A DNA stretch of 38,910 bases from Raillietiella orientalis (taxonomy: Eukaryota): contig JAYWIR010000182.1 of assembly GCA_036172245.1 (NCBI GenBank), positions 1 through 38,910 of the forward strand. Direction: 5' to 3'. Made by a program: the position numbers and the translations under genes. The notes beneath the pieces are model-generated. The model was not told the origin of the DNA. It made no database searches and saw nothing but the letters and a program-made list of their open reading frames with translations. Of the stretch, positions 31,301 through 38,910 are shown piece by piece (the first letter of the stretch is position 1; every line of letters starts with the position of its first letter).

Positions 31301-34300
31301 ACTGGTGTTTTGAAAAAATTGGATAATCGCCAATGTGAACCTGCAACGAATCGTCTCAGAAATTCTCGAAGCGTTAGAATGTTTTGCTCTGTTTACTGGT
31401 GCGCAGTAGCTTCAAGGTGCTTCAAGAAGAGAGCTTTGATGAAAAACGTGGACGGTGGGAGAAAATATATCAATGATACATGGAGCAACATGCGAGACAA
31501 ACTTTCTGCCGTGGACATGGAAACCAAGCAGGAGGCTTTGATCTGTGTATCTCCTGACACCTGTGAAAACAAGGCAAGTCGATCTCCCCCGTGTACTCGG
31601 CACGTTTCTGGCTCAGGAGCAGCACGTGTAAACCACGTGAGCAGGAAAGTTGCCAGAAGCAAGTCTTCACGTTTCTGAATACGAATCGAACAAACCAGGT
31701 GTGTGCGAGTTTATCTGGGTAGGGTTCATAATTTATGACTCTTCGCAACTGCGCGAGTTTGCAACTATGCAAACATGGATGCAATGAAATCGAAATCACC
31801 GTCTCTAGATGAACATGCAGCTTAGTCATGGGATTCTTCAAGAGGATTTATGTGTGCAAGAAACACATTCAATAATGCATGTGCATGCAAGAATGAGCTT
31901 AGGAATAATTGGAAAAGGATACATGAAACAGCAATGATGCTAATAAACCAAAATAGTTACGCAATGGTGTGAAGGTTGAGTATTGTCCTGGAGTGCCGGG
32001 CAAGCGGTGCGCTTTCTTGCTCCTGCATTCAGATGATAAAGTCATAGAGTTCGCTGCATGCTTGGAGGCTGCTGCAAGTATGGTTTCGTATGGATACCCT
32101 CAATCAAAATGTCTTGCTTATCAAGATAGATGAAAATATAGCTTTTAGCGAAAGCTACGGCAGCGGGACATGGACAGTACAGCGCTTAAACAGCAAAGAA
32201 TATTAGGAAGTACAGCAGCTTCAGAACAGACCCTCTATCCTCAATAGAGGAGAGAACTTAAATTAGAAAGATTAGAGAAATTACAAGAGCGTTTCCTTCT
32301 CAGGATACACAGCTGCAGTTGTGCTACAATCTATGTTCTCAGTTGAAGATATGTATGGAGAATCACGAAAAATCCAAGGTGGCTTTCCTAAACAAGGCAT
32401 GGAAGTAACGGATTTGTGTGGTTTCATCGAATCTGCCCAAGTTGCAAAAGCAGCATCCTGTAATTGGGATTGGGATTCAGATTTTTGCTCAGGCAGCTTG
32501 TGCTCTACTCACTACTGAAGTTCAGGTTATTCGACTTGAAGGAAGAAAACTACCCACCTGGCAGGCTTAGGGCAACACCGAAGATGAGGAAACCGACGCA
32601 AGAAAGATGCAGTAGATCTGTGCAAACTTTGAAAAGGATGAACTAAATGTGCTTATCTTATTCCAGCAGCTATCGCCCAGGAATCGGGAACAAAGCGCTT
32701 TCTCACTGTTGCTCCCGCACTTTGGTGAGATAGAGCTTCTCTCACAGGTGTGTCACAGGAAGCTGGCATGCGCTCCTGCTCAACAGGAGTCCTCCTTTGG
32801 CGTAACTCGCGCATAATGATTTTACTCGCGCCACTAGCTCCATGGGGATGCCCAGACTCCAGGGAATCAGGCTGCTTCTCGGCATCCACAGTTGTGTCCT
32901 TGTCCGCATTGCTGCCGCCCGCGGACTTTCTTCTGCTATCACGAGAATGCGATGAGTGCTACTGCATTACTAAACTGCGGTTTGTTGGGCGTCTCGGAGT
33001 TGCAGCACTTCAGAAGTGTTTTCCCTGTTCGTTACTTTTAGTAAAAACTCTTCAAAGAGCAGTAAGGAGCTGCGCTAATAATTATATCGACAAAATCTTG
33101 AGGAGAAATGGTTGCATGCATGAATATCTCAGAAAACTTTGTAAGATCGTCATCAAATTATTGCACTTTCCTAGACGCCGTTTTCGATCCGATGTTTTTC
33201 AGGTCCCGTGTCTTGGCAACACTGAATTCAGTTCTTCAAATCCCCACCAGCAATACGGCATGGTCTTCGACGAATTCTTAACTGCGCGAAGTACATTTCT
33301 CTTGTACTCCGATAAAAGTATCTCTTGGTATTCTGTTCTCTGCAGCACATTCTTTGTGAGAGACTGTCTGTTTCCGGCTAAGCATCTTCCGGGATACATG
33401 CATTATGAAACTTAGGAGCAATTTGCTGGTAGATTGCAACCTGCAAGAGCTTGAGCGGATTCATGCTATCATGCGCGATGTCCTGGAATGATGATGTGCT
33501 TGCTGTTGCCTTGTAGATCTCTGTGCTCAACCGTGCAATGTGTTAAAGAAAAACTATTCTTTTCAATGAAGTATAATACTTAGAAACTCCTGCGAAGATC
33601 GGACAAGGAACGTTAATAATTAAAGGTGCAATACACTTTTAAAGATGCGACCACCTGCATACAGGATAACTCTCTTCCATGAAGCAACATTAGCAAACTC
33701 CTCAGCTGTAGAACGGGACCCAATAACCTATCGATGGTTGACGACTTCTCAGCCATCCACCGACCCAGTCAACAACCCAGATCTGCGTATTCTCAAATAA
33801 CACGTAAACAATAACATGTTAACATGGTTAAACCATGTTAGCGTCCTCGTTTTAAACCCCTATCACAACAATACTTTTATTCCATAGTCCATCACAGTAA
33901 CAAATAGACACTTGTCAATTCATAACCCTTTACAGCTTATTGCTGAAAAAGTAAAGCCCTATTTCATAGATTTCGTTGTTGATTACATTCGGTAACCGCA
34001 TTACGCTAGGAATCAACCATACGTCAGCAAACATTACTCAGCTTTGCACATGTTTCGCCATTTCGCGGTCGCAAATAAGAATTACAGAAATACAACTTTT
34101 TTTTCTTTCTCCATCCAAGGATAACTTCAAACATGCCTTTGTCGAAAAATCTGCACCGAATGGATCCGAAAAGTATTTTCCTTATACAGCATTAACCGAC
34201 TGAGTCATGAAGATTCATTTTGTGAATATGAATTCTGCATGGACCCTACAGTGAGGAAAGTGCATACTTTAGTCACTATTCCGCTCAACTTCTCACTGAT

Positions 34301-34889
34301 TTATCAATGCTATTCCCTATCACTATGAAATCATTTCATTACAAACATTCATCACCCCTAATACAATGAGCAACCCAAATGGAGAACATCTGCTTCCACC
34401 GTTCTAATGTCTGCGCGTAAATTTTACTTTCGGTAGATCAAAAATGCTATAGTGACACTATAGGAACGGAAAATGTAATAACGAATGGATCCATTATTAC
34501 AATTGTTCTTCTCGAAGTACGTTGCGATCACTCCCATCTCATGGAAACTTATAGGATGGTGCATCCTCACATCGAACATTTGACATTCCATCTATTTTTC
34601 TGGAAAGTTTTTATTGTTGCCACTTAATCGCAACGCTAATATACTCTTTTGAAGTACATCAAGCAGTCTTAACTTCAAAAATAACTTGCGTTGCTTCGAG
34701 TATCTCGTTTGATAACAGAAATCCTTCTTCCAGTTGCTGCTAACATGTGGTAGTCTTCTTCTTCAAATCCCAGTTATCGATGTTTCGTAATAGGCCTAAA
34801 AATTTCGCTTCAAAAGAAACAGCTGAAACATTTAATAGATCCACTAATGAAATTTAGAATTATCAGGAAATCCACATTCGGCAACAGAA

Positions 34890-35395
34890 GGCTGTGAGCT
34901 TATCCTCATCCGCGGAAACAACCCCCAGAAGTCAGAACGTCAGTCTAAGTAGCCGAATAGATGAATTACAGCACGCTGCGAGGCAAATGGGCAAGCACTT
35001 GAGCGAAAGAGGAAAACGTGAGAAAGAATGTTGCGAATCCATCACGCTCCGACGTCGCGCTGCAGGGAAGGTCCAGGGACGATGGTGAGCAGGAGAGTGA
35101 CTTCCCACACCTTCCATGCGACCCAGCTGATCAGTCGATTCCATGGAATAGGAAGAACAGCAACAGGAAGCACATCGTCCTGCTTGCGCTTCAAAAGATC
35201 GGGGTGCGTAAGTGGCCGTAGAACTTTCCAAGGAATAATGCCTGGATTCGAAAGTCACTGACACATCCGCGTGGTCAATTCGAACGTCAGAAGACTGTGC
35301 AAAGACGACAAAAGACGAGACACGGCCTCTACGCTGCGTGACTTTCACCAGTTGCACCTGTAGGAGATCCATGTGATCACCACATAAACGTCCAA
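34890..35395 (+). mobile_element. Copy L: degenerate ORF1 tail and APE N-terminus
   Basis: TAATG overlap at 35236-35240, followed by MPGFESH*HIRVVNSNVRRL..KRRDTASTLRDF..L*EIHVIT, homologous to the starts of the B and E ORF2. Confidence 0.75.
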
Positions 35396-35399
35396 AAGA

Positions 35400-38160
35400 T
35401 TTCTTACCCGTTCAAGCCGGGTCGTTTGTTCCATATAATATAAACGGGATCAATCACAATCATATAAAATAAACCAGTTGGAAACCTGGTTCCCATTTGA
35501 AGACTAAACAAGGATCAAGAGAAGATTGCTAGCACGCAGGCCTAAATAACAGTCTTGCGAACGGGATGTGTGGACGGGAAACACAAACAAACAAAAACAA
35601 AAGAAAAACAATTAATGGGGATGCCGTGACAAGAGTCTTTGGGATCGCCGTGGTACGCACTGGGATAGAAGAAACGGCACCGGGAATACAGCAGAGCCAA
35701 AAAGGATGGGGTATGTTTGGGCTACAAGACGCAGTGGTCAGCAGATTACGTTGTTCTCAAAACTATGTAAACCAACAATGCATGCCAACGATGTGTTCTT
35801 CTACCTCGTCATCATGATGAGGCCACCTCGCAGCCATGTCCATGAATTCACCTGCAAACGGATGAGCCTCCCTTTGCTTCGCTGAGAACCACAGGGCGTA
35901 GCGGGCCTTAACGAAGGCACGAATGCAACACATGGTTGCGGCAATCGCGCCTAACAAAAGTCCATTCTTGATGGAGAAGCGCAGCTGCACATCAATTGCA
36001 GTGCCTCCTTGCGGCAGGATGCCTGAAATCAGCCTTTGCCACAGTTCATGGAGGTCAATGCAGTCCAGCAAGAGGAGCGGAAAAGACTCGATCTCTCCGC
36101 ACCTCAGACAGTTTGGCAGAGCAGCTCTGCGGAAAACGATGCAGAGCTGCCGATTATAGTGGAATGCTCAGTGTGAAGAAGAGCAGCACATCTTGTTCCC
36201 ATTTTAAAGGAAACACGGTGCTATCCAAAAAAACTGGGGGAACTTATATTTGTTATGGGCAAAACTTAAATGTTCACTCCACTTGAGCAGGCCCTTCGCC
36301 CGATTCCGAGGAGACGCGGTTTCCATCGGCTCCTTTCTCGTCCAGCCGTCCAGGAGCTTGCTCACTTCCGCTATTCTGCAGAACACCCATTTCGCACGCA
36401 TGCAACTGTCGTTGCTTTCCTTCTGGGGAAACAGCGCGGGGGCGAGTGGTATTGTGCCCAGACGATCCGACTTCTTGTCCTGCATGATATCGTCCATTGG
36501 ATGACTGAGGAGAAGTCGCAGGCGTCGAAGTTCTTCCGGACGCGCTCCTTCGGAAGCTACCCAAGATGAAAAAGATTACTGCCGCCATGCATTAATGTTC
36601 ATGGGGCGGCAGGAGATCCAACATTGGGCTTCCAGCAGTGAGGAAAGGTGCCTCAGCGGGAAACCAAACCCTATTCTGGTGTGCCGAAAGTGGGGCAGCA
36701 GCGAATGCAGGCCCTCACTTTCCGTTCATCGCCTTAGTATAAGGCGTGCGGGTAAGCACCACGGCGTAGACCACAGCTTGGCACAGAGCGGCAGCATTCG
36801 AAACACCACCTGCAGCTCTATGCTTTTTAAGTGTAGGATGCCCAAGCTTGCATCCTGGCGCAACGCCAACAAGTCTTTAATCCTAACACGGGATCTTGCA
36901 GCGCGCTACAACGCTTTGCGTAGAAGGCGCTGCGCCCAGACTTTGACTTCCTGGGGGGGTGGACAAACAGAAAACAGGAGGCGGAGGAAAGGGGCAACGA
37001 AGGTGCTGCAGCTGCTGGCCCGTTCCGGCAAGACGAACTCGCCTCCTGAGAACGGGCCAAGTGCACGCTCTGCCTTCCGAAAGCAGTCCGACCACGCTAC
37101 TGCGATGCAGTAGTCGCATGTGGTGATCTTCAGGCGGATTCAGTGTGACTGCTCCTCCCACGTCGCTCCCACTGGAACAACCATGCACTTCCTCCTGTTG
37201 ACGCTCACGCCCGCATCGCGACGGATCAACTGAAAGAAATCTTCAAGCGACGCCGCCCGGGAGGACATGAGCAACAGAAGAAGCAGGTCGTCGGCATAGG
37301 CTGCCACGGCCGGCGTACCTGGACAGGAGCTCGTCAGGTTGGCTGGCCTCAGCCTGGAATCCTTCAGCACCAATTCAAAATAGATGCTAAAGAGCAGCGG
37401 CCTTACGCAATCTGGCTGCCTTATTGCTTGCCGTACCGGCACGCCATACACGCGACAGCCATTAAAAACCATGGATGTAATCGCTTGGCGCAAGTAGGAG
37501 CTCAAGTACTCCAACAGGGATGCCGAAAGACCCACACTTTCAAAGAGCTCCAGAAGAAGCTTTTGGTTCACGCAATCAAATGCTTTGTGCAAATCGACTG
37601 CAACCGCCAAGGCTCCCGGGGTTTCCTTTTGCGACCCGCGCCTCCTTCGGTGAGAGATCCGAAGCGTCACTTCGGCACGACGATCCATCGCCACGCGATG
37701 CTGCAATTGCAGCCATGTGCGGATGAACAAGAGGTTAACGTCCATGGACCGCCCAGGAACAGCGTAGGTCTGCTCCGAACTTAACAAAGACTCCGCGATC
37801 CTTCCCATCCGCGCCACCCAAAGTTTCAAGAACAACTTTACAACTATGAATTCACTAATGTGATCGGACGCCAATTTTTCTGTTGGCGCAAATCTCCGCC
37901 TTTTGGTAGGAGACACACCTTCGCTGAGCGAACCGAGGCGCTTACATTGCTCGCGTCTCATATCAGCCACGAGAGTTGAAGCACCAGGAAGATGAGCTCC
38001 GCCGCAAAACACTGGTAGAATTCAGCGGGGAGACCATCCTCGCCTGGCGCTTCTCGTCTCTCGAGCCGCGAGATGGTTGAAGAAATTTCCTCTGCCTTGA
38101 AGGGCTTATCGAGACGTGCGCGTTTCTCCTCGTCGACAACAGATGCATCAATCGGCGAGT
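35400..38160 (-). mobile_element. Copy M: RT to 3' end of a divergent family member, degenerate
   Basis: APGEDGLPAEFY (ORF 37958-38167), then DLHKAFDCVNQ, AIRQPDCVRPLLF and YADD (37287-37298) in ORF 37140-38012. Finger remnant near 36060-36115, U tract at 35578-35610, terminal aacaaacgACCCGgcttgaaCGGGT at 35406-35430. Confidence 0.88.
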
Positions 38161-38680
38161 GTGTCACGCCTCAGGGCTTCAGCCCTGCGGGCGCTCGCTC
38201 CGGCGCGATTAACTCGTCGTTGAGCGGCGTTATCGGACTCCTCTACGGAGTGCGTTACTCGCGCGATCGACGTGCGTTTGCATCCGTTCGATCGCACCGG
38301 AATCGTCTTCTCGGCGGTCACAGAGGCGGACTTGCAAGCGTTGACGGCGCTGGCTTTTTCTGGGCAGAAGATCCCTCCGCGCGTGTTTTCTTGTTCACGC
38401 GGCTGTTCATTGCCTTTAAAAAGCTCGCGGATGGAGGCTGCGAAGCCTTCTTGGGAGATTTTTATTTTCTCCTCTCCACAACCTTCCATTGGTTGTCACG
38501 ATTTTCGGACACCTCCGCGACTTCCGTCTTGGAAACCTCCGAAGTTTTCGCTGCCGCCTTCAGGGGAGTCGCTTTCGCCCTGCCTTGAAAAGGAGGCAGC
38601 GTATTCACCTTCTTGGCAGCGGGAGATCGCTCCTTTCTTGCCGAGTCGTTGACCTGACTTCGTGGTTCATTGTATAGCGC
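38161..38680 (-). mobile_element. Copy N: probable ORF1 middle fragment fused to M by deletion
   Basis: Minus-strand translation includes AKATPLKAAAKTSEVSKTEVAEVSENRDNQWKVVERKIK, which resembles the ORF1 motifs EEGWKIVSGKK (F) and DGWQLVKVRK (E). Confidence 0.5.
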
Positions 38681-38910
38681 GCACGACGACGGTTAATTAG
38701 TTAATTGTGATCGCGTGTGTCCGCAGAGGGAAAGTGTCCAGAGAAAAGTGAGGGTGGACAAGAGTGTGCTGCGTAGTATCTGCTCATACAACTACAAAAG
38801 AAGCGCCGAGGAGATCACGGAGGAAGACCTGCAAACTTCCTCAGCGGCAGTACCAGCCGTCAGGATGCAGGTACCAGCTGGAGGGTAGAGGACGACGTCC
38901 CTTTTGCAGA

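Noticed and set aside
32750..33415. 221-aa ORF as a real single-exon gene
   Set aside because: It has a non-ATG start, reads through intron-like segments and has no recognisable domain.

Overview
Eukaryotic genomic DNA. Positions 1-26600 and 34890-38680 form a dense, nested, two-orientation cluster of about 14 copies or fragments (called A-N here) of one family of APE-type non-LTR retrotransposons, L1/Tx1-like. ORF1 has two CX2CX4HX4C zinc knuckles. ORF2 has an APE endonuclease, a reverse transcriptase and a C-terminal CCHC finger. No copy is intact; all carry stops, frameshifts or deletions. Positions 26600-34890 are AT-richer unique DNA with at least one spliced gene (short GT-AG introns). 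The host taxon cannot be determined from this window. The most notable signals are: (1) copies end without poly(A), in AATAAACG followed by a covarying CCCGG...CCGGG hairpin, and are joined head-to-tail to the next copy's 5' UTR; (2) two such 3' ends are instead fused tail-to-tail to an antisense APE at exactly the same codon (GFG|V), through a CGCCGAA(T/G)CCC motif that also follows the hairpin at a head-to-tail junction. This suggests homology-guided self-targeting or a bidirectional composite element; (3) the APE appears to lack the beta-hairpin specificity loop; (4) ORF1 and ORF2 are coupled by TAATG/TGATG overlaps; (5) the 5' UTRs share a GGACGTGTTT motif. Element boundaries and similarities were judged by eye and are approximate.
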